DNA of 64,000 nucleotides. Origin: Nitrospira sp. (lineage in GTDB: Bacteria; Nitrospirota; Nitrospiria; Nitrospirales; Nitrospiraceae). A model generated the notes under the pieces. The model saw only the letters and a list, made by a program, of their open reading frames with translations. It was not told where the DNA came from and ran no database searches. The stretch spans positions 864,001 to 928,000 of the forward strand of contig AP038806.1 of the NCBI GenBank assembly GCA_047150005.1. Reading direction: 5' to 3'. Of the stretch, positions 31,301 through 40,786 are shown piece after piece. The stretch's first letter is position 1; the number at the start of each line of letters is the position of its first letter. A program made the translations under genes and the position numbers.

Positions 31301-32515
31301 CACGGCAGGCCTACCCGTCTCCAGATCCAGCACGCGAAGCGATCGCTCGACAGGCTGTTCCATCGCAAGATAGCGTCCGTCCGGGCTCAGTGCTCCGCCG
31401 ATACCGTCCGACGTCGGCGTAAAAGGCCACGAACGCCGCAGCTGCTTTGCCGGTACATCCCAGACAAGCAACTCTTGCTTCATGGTCGGGACGGACGGTT
31501 CGCCACTGAAGAAGCCGCCCAATCCAATCATTGAACCGAGTGATGAACCGATGGTCGCCAAGACTCCCGCGGAAGAGTACCCCGCGTCGGTCCGGACTGT
31601 GACCAAGGTCTTGCCGTCCCGGCTGAACGCGAGCGGCTGTTGCATGGCTGAGTCAGGGATCGTCCAGACGGTTCGACCTGTGCCGAGATCGATGACCGAC
31701 AACGACCGGTTTCCGCCGAGCGGCTGACGGTCGATTGATTTCGGATCAGCCGCTTCCCCTATGGCCGCAAAGCGAGCGTTCGCGCTCACGGCTCCTCTGC
31801 CGTCCAACCCCGACCCTCCCGTGCGGATTTCCCGTCCTGACGCCACATCGAAGACTTTGACCGCTCCGGTCATCTCATGAGTCACCACCTGCGCGCTGTC
31901 TTCGCTGAAGGTCACAAAGTCCGCTCCCTGGCCGAATCCGCCGAATCCCGTAAAATTCCGGACCTCCTGTCCGCTTGTGACATCCCAGATCTTGACGGTA
32001 CCGTCCTGGCTGCCGCTCGACGCGATGTACCGTCCGTTCGGGCTGACCGCCACCGCGTGGATTGCTCCCGCATGGCCGGTCTGAAAGACCACCTGCACAC
32101 CGTCGGTGCTGACCGGCGCTTGGCGGGTCGGCGTTTGGCCCATCATCTGGTTCATCATCTTCTGCATGTCCGCTTCGTTCGGGGCCTGGAAGTCGTCCCT
32201 GCTCGGTCCGCCCCGCCCGAAGGAAGGCGCCACGGCGCACCCGGCGACCATCAGCAGCATGAAGGCGATCATGAACCCGCTGCCGAGCCCGGCTGCGTCT
32301 CGACGGCACCAGGACCGGAACATGGAGGGGGCCGGCGGCGCAGCCATCCCAGGCTCGAGATCTGAACGGTGCATCCGACGGCTGTTGAGGGAAGTGAATT
32401 GAAGGAAGGAAGGGCTGGCGAAGGTGTGGTCGCAGCGCCGCATGGCACCTTCTGGAATCAGCTCAATGCGTGTGGCACGGAATGTCGGCCTGAGGGTATG
32501 CCGAATCGGACCCAA
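28313..32515 (-). CDS. Lipoprotein with WD40 beta-propellers and C-terminal caspase-family (C14) domain
   Basis: Lipobox VAGC (true start probably about 32272-32323), many WD40 repeats (GH…VSPNGRYIAS…DGTVKIWD), FAAGHG, LLDTCFSG and NGVFTYALL. Confidence 0.92.
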   Translation of the reverse strand: MGPIRHTLRPTFRATRIELIPEGAMRRCDHTFASPSFLQFTSLNSRRMHRSDLEPGMAAPPAPSMFRSWCRRDAAGLGSGFMIAFMLLMVAGCAVAPSFGRGGPSRDDFQAPNEADMQKMMNQMMGQTPTRQAPVSTDGVQVVFQTGHAGAIHAVAVSPNGRYIASSGSQDGTVKIWDVTSGQEVRNFTGFGGFGQGADFVTFSEDSAQVVTHEMTGAVKVFDVASGREIRTGGSGLDGRGAVSANARFAAIGEAADPKSIDRQPLGGNRSLSVIDLGTGRTVWTIPDSAMQQPLAFSRDGKTLVTVRTDAGYSSAGVLATIGSSLGSMIGLGGFFSGEPSVPTMKQELLVWDVPAKQLRRSWPFTPTSDGIGGALSPDGRYLAMEQPVERSLRVLDLETGRPAVAIPLGEGRMKGMGMTQSLTFSPDGKILAIGKGDGTAKLFGFPSGRRVREFEATSLNFSPDGTTWVIGAASGGAPYLQEAASGNETRLAGGASEVSDLALTADGQSIVAGMHGGSAKLWDLPTGQLLRTFDCPDGMAVSSVAVSRAGSLLATGCVNGSAWLWDLATGRQLNALAQPLPPDRFTPVYVRIARDDRTIVIGRGNQVVVADLSSGRELRRIALPNESLKGLAYPENPPAAYEGMDPKTRAMMEAQTPKQPSFDRQTMERMKESAQWIRALAVHPNGRLVALGRSESTSLWDLQSGKLVLEFRDVSPMQARAQQQRRREEQHQQMLEEASSLKSLLPFGLGAPSRSMAMPQGEIMTLDDPTELFEAFGDGAHGATSLAFSPDGKFLATDGVRGKTAWEVATGKKVRPPKKMQGAQFDPMSFTENLELNIGGRGAAFSPDGRLAARGHGQIIKVWNVVTGQEVLQLVGHTGAVSSLVFNPDGRFIVSAGGDGAIRLWNLRSGKEVASLIALGREDFVAVTPDQYYRASKSRIKGVAFRFKDQLYPFEQFDLRFNRPDIVLERLGMASQELVRSYRLAYEKRLKKMGLSDLALGIDFHLPELHIQGGDVPVSVNRATLPIRVKARDSKYALDRFQVYVNDVPVHGTSGVPIGDRAARTYEQEIQVPLVPGRNKIQVSVLNQQGTESLRETVYTTSTAEVTPPDVYLVGIGVSEYKNRAYNLRYAAKDANDLLALYKSVEERPGVKGKVHLLDLTNDKATRPEILKAKDWLKRSRINDLVIVFAAGHGMTDEQSNYYFGTHDIDPKQPAANGLPYEEFELLLDGIPALQKMLLLDTCFSGEIEKDQPVLVANADAGGSGAVKMRSFKAARGVTLVAAAGDPQENAPAEPHLSSDIVKFQQDWFADLRRGTGAAVISSSSGNEYSLEGEQWKNGVFTYALLNGLKNHIADANKDRTITVSELQAYVIEQVRKLTEGGQNPTVRRENLENDFAVY

Positions 32516-32597
32516 ACTGCAACGACTCTAAAGTATGGTAAGGCCACGAGGCGAAACGCCGAGGCAGACGGAAAGCACGCGGGATGCGGCTTGAGAA

Positions 32598-34193
32598 TTA
32601 TTTATAGGGGATGGCGGGCCTGGTGAGATCGTTGTTGACCCAGTTGTTGCCCGCATTGACGTCGATGCCGCCCGCAGGCGCGGGCTTGTCGAGATTGGTA
32701 TACTGGAATACCCCGAACGGCTGAATCTGATCGTCCGTGGGTAGTTGTTTGCGATTCCAGCCTCCGCCGAGCGAACGGACGAGTCTCACCGAGGCTCTCA
32801 GCAATTCTGCCTTGATTTGCACGGAATCGATACGCGCCGTCAGCGTGGCGACCTGGGCATAAATGAGTTCGAGGCTCGAGGCCAGACCACCCTGATAGAG
32901 TTCGGTGGTCAAATCCTGTGTCTTGCGCGTAGCCCCGACGGCCGCGTCCTGCCGGTTGGCCGCGACGGTAAACCGATCGGTCAGGCTCATATTGTTCTCC
33001 ACCTCGCGAAACGCATTCAGCACCGTAGACCGGTATCGGTCTTCCGTCTCGCGATAGAGCGACCAGGACTGCTGCAATTGCGCGCGACGATATCCGCCCT
33101 GGAAGACCGGCATCGACACGGTCGCGCCGTAGGACCAGAAACTGTTGGCGAGGGAGATGAGATTGAAGCCGGCGTCCTCGTACCCGCCTCCGAGCCGGAA
33201 CGAGACATTGGGATAAAACGCCCCGCGCGCCATGCCGATCGCACGGTTGGCCTGGGCCATCCGGCGCTCCATGGCGGCAATGTCGGGCCGCCGTTCCAAC
33301 AAGGTCGAGGGAATGGTCTGGGGAACCTTGAACTTGGCCACCCGAAGTTCATCGACCGGTTTGATGGAGAAACTGGCCGGGGCGATGTTCAGCAGGACGG
33401 CGATCGCCTGTTCCGCCACTTGGCGTTCGCCTTGAATCTGGGCTCTTCTCGTCTCGGTGCTGAACAACAGGGACTCGACCCGGGCGACGTCGAGAGCCGA
33501 TGCAATCTGGCCGCGGAACTGGGCGTTCACGAGGTCCAGCGACGCTGTGTAGAGCTCGATCGACTGTCGATAGATCGCGTCCTGCGCGTCGAGACCGCGA
33601 AGCGTGAAATAGCTCGACGCAACCTCTGCTTGTAGGCTCAGGCGCGCAAGCCCGTAATCCGCGGCCCGTTCTTCGGCGCGATACAGCTCCACCCGCATGG
33701 CATTGCGGAGCACCGACCAGAAATCGGGCTCCCAGGAGGCCATGCCTCCCGCCAGGACGCTCGACTGCTCGAGCGGAATCCCCGGAGCCAGAAACAGATG
33801 ATTGGCCGACACCCGATTGTCCGAGGCGTCGAACCCGATGCCGATGCGCGGGAGGTATTGCGAACGAGCCTTCATCATCATGTCCCGAGCTTGCACGAAC
33901 CGCTCGGCGGCGGCCTGCAAATCCGGATTGGCCGCCATGGCCTGCTCCTCCAACCGATTCAACGTGGGATCCTCGTAGACGGTCCACCAGTCCTGGCGGA
34001 GCTCGTCGTCGGCGGGCTTGGCTTCGACGAACGGACTGGATCCGCGCCAGGACTCGGGCACGACGAATTGAGCCGGCTCATAGGAGGGGGACAGGTCGAC
34101 GGCGGGAAAGCTGCAGGCCGTCAGGGTGCAGGCCAGCAGCCACAGGCCGCAAAGCCGCACAGGCGTATGGAGGAAAGGCCGCACGGACATCAT
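32598..34193 (-). CDS. RND efflux outer-membrane factor lipoprotein (NodT/OprM family)
   Basis: Lipobox LTAC, NPDLQAA, LLERRPDIAAMER and SLGGGW motifs. Confidence 0.93.
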   Translation of the reverse strand: MMSVRPFLHTPVRLCGLWLLACTLTACSFPAVDLSPSYEPAQFVVPESWRGSSPFVEAKPADDELRQDWWTVYEDPTLNRLEEQAMAANPDLQAAAERFVQARDMMMKARSQYLPRIGIGFDASDNRVSANHLFLAPGIPLEQSSVLAGGMASWEPDFWSVLRNAMRVELYRAEERAADYGLARLSLQAEVASSYFTLRGLDAQDAIYRQSIELYTASLDLVNAQFRGQIASALDVARVESLLFSTETRRAQIQGERQVAEQAIAVLLNIAPASFSIKPVDELRVAKFKVPQTIPSTLLERRPDIAAMERRMAQANRAIGMARGAFYPNVSFRLGGGYEDAGFNLISLANSFWSYGATVSMPVFQGGYRRAQLQQSWSLYRETEDRYRSTVLNAFREVENNMSLTDRFTVAANRQDAAVGATRKTQDLTTELYQGGLASSLELIYAQVATLTARIDSVQIKAELLRASVRLVRSLGGGWNRKQLPTDDQIQPFGVFQYTNLDKPAPAGGIDVNAGNNWVNNDLTRPAIPYK

Positions 34194-35374
34194 TTTGCCG
34201 CCGCTTCACCGCTGAGCAGGTCGTACCCAGGTGCCGGCGTCACGACCCGCACCTTGTCGCCGTCCAGCAACGCGGCACTGGGGTTGTTCACGATGCGGTC
34301 GTCGGTGGAGATCCCCTCCGCCACTTCGACGGCATTGTCGAGCAGACGGCTCACGGTAATGGGCTGCATGCGCACGCGGTCATCCTCCGTGACCACAGCG
34401 ACCTGCGTCCCATGCTCCTGGAACACCAACGCCGTCGATGGAATCATGTACACCTTCCTATCGACCGGCGCCGTCAACACAACTTTGCCGTAGGAGCCCG
34501 GCCACAAGGCTCGGTCGTCGTTGTCGATCGTGAAGACGGTGACGGCCGTGCGTGTGTTCACATCGAATCCCCGTGCGACCGTCAGAAATTTAGCGACGAA
34601 ATGACGATTGGGCAATTGCGGCACGGTCACATCGGCTGTGAGACCCGGCTGCAGGAACGGGCCGAACGACTCCGGTACGCTGACAAAGAGACGCATCATG
34701 CTGACGTCCGCGACGGTGAACAGATTGCTGATGGAGACCGGCGTGCTGATCGTGCCTTCCTTGTTGACGTAGTCGCCGACGTTGATGTTGCGCACGGTCA
34801 CGACGCCGTCGTATGGCGCGACGATCGTCTTGAACCGGATGAGGGCTTCGAAGTTCCTGACGTTCTGCTCCGCAGCCTTGACTTTCGCAGCTTCGGCTTT
34901 CGCGTGGGCGACCTGGACGGAAATCGACTGCTCGGACACCGCATGGTTCTTGCGCAGCGCGAGCCAGCGCTTTGCGGTAATGTCTGCGAGCGCGTATTTG
35001 GCTCGCTCCGACTCCAGGTCCGCCTTGGCTTGCGCGTATTGGGCATCGAGGGCCGGCGCGTTGATTTCTGCAAGAATGTCGCCCTTCTTCACGAGTGCGC
35101 CGTAATCCTTGTACCACATCTTCACGTAGCCTGAGACTTGGGCATAGATCGGCGCTTCGAACCAGGCGGTAATATTGCCGGGCAGTGTAATGGTCTCGCT
35201 CGGATCCCCGGGCTTTGGGTTGACGACGGCCACGGTAGGCACGGCATTCTCGATCGTCTTCTCGCGCAGCAACGCGGCGTCGCTTCGGCTTTCATGAATT
35301 CGATAGCCGATGTACACCACACACAGCAGACCCAGCGTCACAGCAATATGTCTTCCCGTGAGCATCTTCGTCAT
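34190..35374 (-). CDS. RND efflux membrane fusion protein
   Basis: IYAQVSGYV…VKKGDILAEI, IVAPYDGVV and LWPGSYG motifs. Confidence 0.93.
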   Translation of the reverse strand: MTKMLTGRHIAVTLGLLCVVYIGYRIHESRSDAALLREKTIENAVPTVAVVNPKPGDPSETITLPGNITAWFEAPIYAQVSGYVKMWYKDYGALVKKGDILAEINAPALDAQYAQAKADLESERAKYALADITAKRWLALRKNHAVSEQSISVQVAHAKAEAAKVKAAEQNVRNFEALIRFKTIVAPYDGVVTVRNINVGDYVNKEGTISTPVSISNLFTVADVSMMRLFVSVPESFGPFLQPGLTADVTVPQLPNRHFVAKFLTVARGFDVNTRTAVTVFTIDNDDRALWPGSYGKVVLTAPVDRKVYMIPSTALVFQEHGTQVAVVTEDDRVRMQPITVSRLLDNAVEVAEGISTDDRIVNNPSAALLDGDKVRVVTPAPGYDLLSGEAAAK

Positions 35375-37068
35375 GAGCCGTGTCCCTTTTGCTGAGGTGC
35401 CCGCCGACTATAGACCATGGCATAGACGCAGGGCACGAAAAACAGCGTGAACAACGTGGCCACCAGCAAGCCGCCGATGACGGCGCGGCCCAGCGGCGCA
35501 TTCGTGGAATAACCCGTCGCCATGGGAACCATCCCCATGATCATGGCCGAGGCGGTCATGAGCACCGGACGAAAGCGGGTCGTCCCGGCCTCGACCGCCG
35601 CCAACACGGCATCGCTGTGTTCCTGAAGCCGTTCGCGGGCGTAGGAGACGACCAGGATGGAATTCGCGGTGGCCGTGCCCATGGTCATGATGGCACCCGT
35701 CAGCGCCGGCTCCGACAAACGCGTATGGGTCAAGAACAACGACCATGCGATCCCGGCCAATGCTCCCGGCAGGGCCGTAATAATGATAAAAGGATCGAGC
35801 CAGGATTGGAAGTTGACGACGATCAAGAGATAAACCAGCGCAATCGCGGCAAACAGCCCGAAGATCAGCTGGAAGTAGGCGTCGTGCATCAGCGAAGCCT
35901 GGCCATGGACTTCGACTTCGGCGCTCCGGGGCTTCTCGTGCTCCATGCTCTTGACGACCTTCTCCACGTCCGCCAGCACGCCGCCGAGGTCGCGCCCTTC
36001 GGCGGAGACATAGATGTTGAACAGCGGCATGATGTTCCCGTGCGTGACCACCCCCGGCGTGCCTTCCGCCGAAATGTCGGCCAAGTTGCCAAGCAGTTGC
36101 ACTTCACGATCCTTCGACGTGTTGTCCGAGGAATCGACCGGGACGGTCTTGATACTATTCAGGCTGTTGATCTGGGGCTGCGGCGTATATACATTGATCA
36201 GGTACGACATGCCGGTCGAGGGGTCGAGCCAATAGATCTGGTCGACCTGTTGGCTCCCGGCGGTCGTCATGAGCAGATTATCGGCCATGTCCTTCAGAGT
36301 CCTGTTGACACCGAGTCCGAACGTGCGGTTGCCCTCGACCATGAGGGTCGGTGTGCGCATCGTCTGTTGGATCACCACATCCACCGCGCCCGGGATATCG
36401 CGAAACTTTCCCACCAGTTTGCGGGCGAACTCGTAGTTGGGATACATGTCAGGGCCGTTGACCTGCACGTCGATGGGCGCGGGCGCTCCGAAGTTGAGAA
36501 TCTTCGCGGTGAGATCCGACGGCTGGAACGTGAACTCGGTGCCCGGATAACGCTCCGCCAGGCCTTTGCGCAGGATGCGGCGGAAGTCCCACACCGGGGA
36601 CTTTTCATTTCCTAAGAGAATCGTCAGATCGCAATCCTGAGAGCCGATCGTCGGCGTCGGAATGAAGGCGAGATTGTGCGGTCCGACCGGCAGGCCGCAA
36701 TTGCTGACGATGTTTTCCACCTGACCCGGCAGCAGTTCTTCGATGCTGTTGGAGACCAGCGTGGCGAGACGTCCCGCCACTTCGATGCGCGTCCCAAGCG
36801 GCGCCCGCATGTGCATCTGAATGACCCCCGACCGAATTTCGGGGAAGTAGTCGCGTCCAAGAAAGAAGAAGAGAGACAGAGAGGCCAGCGCGATTGCCAG
36901 CGAGATTTTGACGAACGTATTGCGACGCGCAATCACCCATTCGAGCAGGTGACCATACCCCTCGCGAAATTGATCGAAACGGCGCTCGAACGCCTTCTGA
37001 AAGCGGACAAAGACGTTCTGCGATGGTTCCGCGCCGGATGGTCCGTGCGGCTCAGGCGGCTTCGACAT
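35371..37068 (-). CDS. RND transporter (AcrB/D/F family), C-terminal half
   Basis: GTATANSILVV, RFRPVLMT and PLGRAVIGG motifs. Separated from the N-half by a frameshift. Confidence 0.85.
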   Translation of the reverse strand: MSKPPEPHGPSGAEPSQNVFVRFQKAFERRFDQFREGYGHLLEWVIARRNTFVKISLAIALASLSLFFFLGRDYFPEIRSGVIQMHMRAPLGTRIEVAGRLATLVSNSIEELLPGQVENIVSNCGLPVGPHNLAFIPTPTIGSQDCDLTILLGNEKSPVWDFRRILRKGLAERYPGTEFTFQPSDLTAKILNFGAPAPIDVQVNGPDMYPNYEFARKLVGKFRDIPGAVDVVIQQTMRTPTLMVEGNRTFGLGVNRTLKDMADNLLMTTAGSQQVDQIYWLDPSTGMSYLINVYTPQPQINSLNSIKTVPVDSSDNTSKDREVQLLGNLADISAEGTPGVVTHGNIMPLFNIYVSAEGRDLGGVLADVEKVVKSMEHEKPRSAEVEVHGQASLMHDAYFQLIFGLFAAIALVYLLIVVNFQSWLDPFIIITALPGALAGIAWSLFLTHTRLSEPALTGAIMTMGTATANSILVVSYARERLQEHSDAVLAAVEAGTTRFRPVLMTASAMIMGMVPMATGYSTNAPLGRAVIGGLLVATLFTLFFVPCVYAMVYSRRAPQQKGHGS

Positions 37069-38551
37069 GGTGACTCTTCAATAGATATTTCGCCATGGTC
37101 GGCACCAGCGTGCGCGACAAGATGAAGGAGGCGAGCATCGCGATAATGACCGCCTCCGCCATGGGTTTGAACAGGTAGCCGGCGACCCCGCCGAGTTCGA
37201 AGAGCGGAATCCAGACGATCGCGATGCAGAGCGTGGCGACCAGCGTCGGGACGACGATTTGATTGGCGGCGTCGATGATGGCCGTTTCGAGCGGCTTTCC
37301 CATTTCGATATGGCGATCAATATTCTCAATCATCACGGTCGCGTCGTCGACCAAGATGCCGACGGCCAGCGCCAACCCACCCAAGGTCATCACATTGATC
37401 GTCTCTTCGAGCCAATGAAGGCCGATGACGGCGGTCAGAATCGACAGCGGGATCGAGGTCCATACGATGACGGTGGCCCTCCAGGAGCCGATCAGCAAGA
37501 GGACGATGAGGCCGACGAGCGCGCCGGCGGTCGCCATTTCATGCACGACGTCAAGGATCGAATCCTTGACGAAGGTCGAGGCGTCGTCGAGGAGCCGGAT
37601 CTTGACGCCTTCCGGGGAGATTTGCTCGGCCCGCGGGATCATCTTCTTGATCCCATCGACGACGTCCAGGGTCGAGGCCTCCGTGCTCTTCATCGCCACG
37701 ATGATGACGGTCTGTTTGCCCTTCACCAACACCGCGTTCTGTTGTACCCGGCCCATGAGGCGGACCGTGGCGACGTCGCGCAAATAGATGAACGCATTGC
37801 CTTCCCGCTTGATCGGGATATCGGCGAAATGGTCGATCTGTAATGGTGACGCGTTCGTCAGGACGATCCAGTCGGTCGACTTGATCTTGATGTCGCCCGA
37901 CGGCAGCACGAGATATTGCTTCATGAGAACATCGTGAATATCCTTCGGCGTGAGATGGCGGGCGAGCAATTTCTGCTGATCGAGGTTGACCATGACCTGC
38001 ATGTCCTGGCCGCCGTACGGGTGAGGCAGGACGATCCCCGGCACCGTCACGAGCAGGGGTCGGATTCGCATATAGGCGAGATTGTAGAGTTCCGCCGGGG
38101 TCATGTTATCGGAACTGATTTGGAGCATGGCCACCGGTATGGAGGATGGCGCAAGACGCATGACCATCGGCGGAGAAATATCGGGCGGCAGCGCCTTCAC
38201 GACGTTCTGTGCAATGCCCACGATATCCGCTTCGGCCCTGCCGACATCGACTCCATCCTGAAGAAAAATATTGGTGATGCTGCTGCCGTAGTACGAGTGG
38301 CTGTGGATATACTTGATGCCTTCCACGGTCGAGGTCAGGAAGCGTTCGAACAAATACGTAATGCGTCCTTCCACCTGCTGCGGCAGCAGGCCGGAGTAGA
38401 TCCAGACCACCGAGGTGACGGGAATCGTGATGTTCGGGAACACGTCGGTCGGCATGTGGAGCAATGTCTTGACGCCCCACAGCACGATAAGAATGGACAT
38501 GACGACGAAGGTGTACGGTCTCCGGAGGGCGATAAGAACGATCTGGTTCAT
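37052..38551 (-). CDS. RND transporter (AcrB/D/F family), N-terminal half
   Basis: ALRRPYTF, DVFPNI and TLGGLALAVGILVDDATVMIENI motifs. Confidence 0.88.
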   Translation of the reverse strand: MNQIVLIALRRPYTFVVMSILIVLWGVKTLLHMPTDVFPNITIPVTSVVWIYSGLLPQQVEGRITYLFERFLTSTVEGIKYIHSHSYYGSSITNIFLQDGVDVGRAEADIVGIAQNVVKALPPDISPPMVMRLAPSSIPVAMLQISSDNMTPAELYNLAYMRIRPLLVTVPGIVLPHPYGGQDMQVMVNLDQQKLLARHLTPKDIHDVLMKQYLVLPSGDIKIKSTDWIVLTNASPLQIDHFADIPIKREGNAFIYLRDVATVRLMGRVQQNAVLVKGKQTVIIVAMKSTEASTLDVVDGIKKMIPRAEQISPEGVKIRLLDDASTFVKDSILDVVHEMATAGALVGLIVLLLIGSWRATVIVWTSIPLSILTAVIGLHWLEETINVMTLGGLALAVGILVDDATVMIENIDRHIEMGKPLETAIIDAANQIVVPTLVATLCIAIVWIPLFELGGVAGYLFKPMAEAVIIAMLASFILSRTLVPTMAKYLLKSHHVEAA

Positions 38552-38941
38552 ATGCGAGGTCTGCCTGAAGCGAGTTGATTCTCTGTCATTTAGACACCGC
38601 TTGTCCAGCCGGTCGGTCCAGGGATCTTCCTAGGGTATATAGCAAGCATCTTACCGGCTTCCGTCGTCGGTCGAGCGAGCGCCTTCATATGGCCGCTCGC
38701 TCCGACAACTGTGGGATATGGCCCAATAATCAGCGTAGTACAGCAGACAGTCCTGTCAAGTCGCACCTCCGCCGCGATAACCGAAGACCGAAATCGTGAT
38801 ATTACGCACTGGGCGCATTGTGCGAAAACTCACATTTTTACCGGTCGGACCGGTCGCGGCGAAGTGGGGCCGCGACTGATTCTTGTCGAAATAAATGGAG
38901 TTTGATGGACTCCCTCCCCTGTATCTCCGGAAACCGTTGAT

Positions 38942-38956
38942 TGGTATTGATCTTGC
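38942..38956 (+). promoter_or_regulatory. Candidate sigma54 (-24/-12) promoter of modA
   Basis: tGGtattgatcttGC, with exact GG-N10-GC spacing about 60 bp upstream of the start. Confidence 0.4.
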
Positions 38957-39014
38957 GATGCATCCCTCTCGCCAACGGTCGGTCATGCGACAATCGGACT
39001 CTACGGAGGACAGC

Positions 39015-39839
39015 ATGATGACGGGAATTCGGATGGGCGGCTTGGCGATAGCGCTGATGATCGCACTCGACGGTGTCGGCACCACCGCAAGTCCGGCTGG
39101 AGCCGAAACAGCCCCGGCAACTCAGGCGGAAGCCGAATCCCTGACGGTCGCCGCAGCCCACAGTTTGAAGCCCGCATTTCAAGAAATTCTGCCGATATTC
39201 GAGAAAGAACATGGGGTGACGGTGCAGGTTCAATATGGACCGTCGCAAACGCTGCGCCAGCAAATTGAGAAGGGGGCGCCGATCGACGTGTTTCTTCCCG
39301 AAGGAGTGGAAGACGTCAAGAAGCTGCAGAAGAAAGGCCTGACGCTCAACGGCGGAGCCCGGATCTTTGCACAGACCTCTCTCGTGCTCGTGATGTCCAC
39401 CACTTCACAAGCCGCCTCGATCTCTTTTCGCGATGCGCTTCCCAATCAAGCCATTCGCGTCGCCCTCGTCGACCCCAAGACCTCGGCAATGGGAGAGGTG
39501 ACGGCCAGGGCGTTGACCAAGCTCGATCCCGCTTCCAGGAACCGCTCTCGGCTTCTTCATGCGCCACACAGCGACGATGTCGTGAATTTGGTCAGCACGG
39601 GAAGCGCCGAAGTGGGTCTCGTCTATCGTGTTGATGCGATCAACAGCGGGCAAGTCCGCATTATCGATGAGGCTCCGGCGGGTACGCATCTCCCCGTTCA
39701 GTTCGGGCACGCGGTCGTCTGGACTTGCCGGGACTCGTCCCGGGAGGTCGCGGAACAGTTCTTTGATTTCGTCATGAGTCCCCGCGTCCAAAAGCTCCTG
39801 CTCAAATACGGTTTCGACCCCGTGCCCTCCAACGAGTGA
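39015..39839 (+). CDS. modA: Molybdate ABC transporter substrate-binding protein
   Basis: ggagg RBS, signal peptide, and VAAAHSL, GPSQTLRQQIEKGAPIDVF and GLVYRVDA motifs. Confidence 0.82.
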   Translation: MMTGIRMGGLAIALMIALDGVGTTASPAGAETAPATQAEAESLTVAAAHSLKPAFQEILPIFEKEHGVTVQVQYGPSQTLRQQIEKGAPIDVFLPEGVEDVKKLQKKGLTLNGGARIFAQTSLVLVMSTTSQAASISFRDALPNQAIRVALVDPKTSAMGEVTARALTKLDPASRNRSRLLHAPHSDDVVNLVSTGSAEVGLVYRVDAINSGQVRIIDEAPAGTHLPVQFGHAVVWTCRDSSREVAEQFFDFVMSPRVQKLLLKYGFDPVPSNE

Positions 39840-39972
39840 GACCGATTCCCGCATCCGATTCTTGCCTCTTGTTCACAACAACCACTCCCGGTCCCCAATT
39901 AGCTACGTCGAGACCGCGGGGCACGAGCCTGCCATGCCGCGTTGCAGTAGAACCTTTCATGAATAATGCGGG

Positions 39973-40407
39973 CTAGGACTCGATGCCGGGTCCCAATCCG
40001 ATGCGGGCCCGCAACAGATCGTGCCGCGTCACCGAGTAGGCAACCTGCCCCTGCTTGATCACCGGGATATTGATCAGGTGCTTTTCGTTCATAATACGGA
40101 TCGCATCGCCGATGGTGGTCGATTCATTCGCAACGAAGTGGCCCGTGCTCATGAGCTGGTCCGCAGTCAGCTGGTTCAAATCCTTGCCCGACTCGATCGC
40201 CCTGAGGAGGTCGAACTCGCTGACGAATCCGACGAACCTCCCCTGATCGTCCACGATCGGCGCCCCCGAGGCGTGGGCCGCAAGCAATTCAACCGCGACA
40301 TCCATCGCGGTGCTCTTGCTGTGGAACCGCAGATCGTTGGTGGCATCGATCTCGCCCAGCGTCTTGAATCCCCCCGCCGGAACACCTTCCATTGTTATGC
40401 TGGCCAT
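39973..40407 (-). CDS. CBS-pair domain protein
   Basis: SGAPIVDDQGRFVGFVSEFDLL and IPVI…VTRHDLL motifs; ggagg RBS. Confidence 0.9.
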   Translation of the reverse strand: MASITMEGVPAGGFKTLGEIDATNDLRFHSKSTAMDVAVELLAAHASGAPIVDDQGRFVGFVSEFDLLRAIESGKDLNQLTADQLMSTGHFVANESTTIGDAIRIMNEKHLINIPVIKQGQVAYSVTRHDLLRARIGLGPGIES

Positions 40408-40786
40408 ACAGGACCTCCCTGGTAAAAGCTCCACCTCTTCTATACCGGTGGTGGGCGGAACGAGAAACTAGGAGCATCCCGAGCCTTCAAGTCCACTTAC
40501 AAAGAACCACCAAACCCGTCCGTCTGCTGCGGAGTCAATGAGATGCTGACAATCGAATGTGCGGGTCGCGGACCTGGAAGAAACCCTAGTAGCGCAATGG
40601 GGGAATTTCTGAGAGGTAGATGGAAGAAGGAGACGCGATATGACGATTAGCCAGGCTACCTGATTCCTAACCGGCAGACAGTACCCTCAGCTTACCAACT
40701 GTCTTCGAAGATTTTCATGATGAACCAAATCATCACATCTGGTCCCAGGAGTGAACTCGGGCAAATCCTCGGTCGAAACCCGGCCT

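Noticed and set aside
35380..36615. 411-aa plus-strand ORF
   Set aside because: Antisense to the RND transporter.
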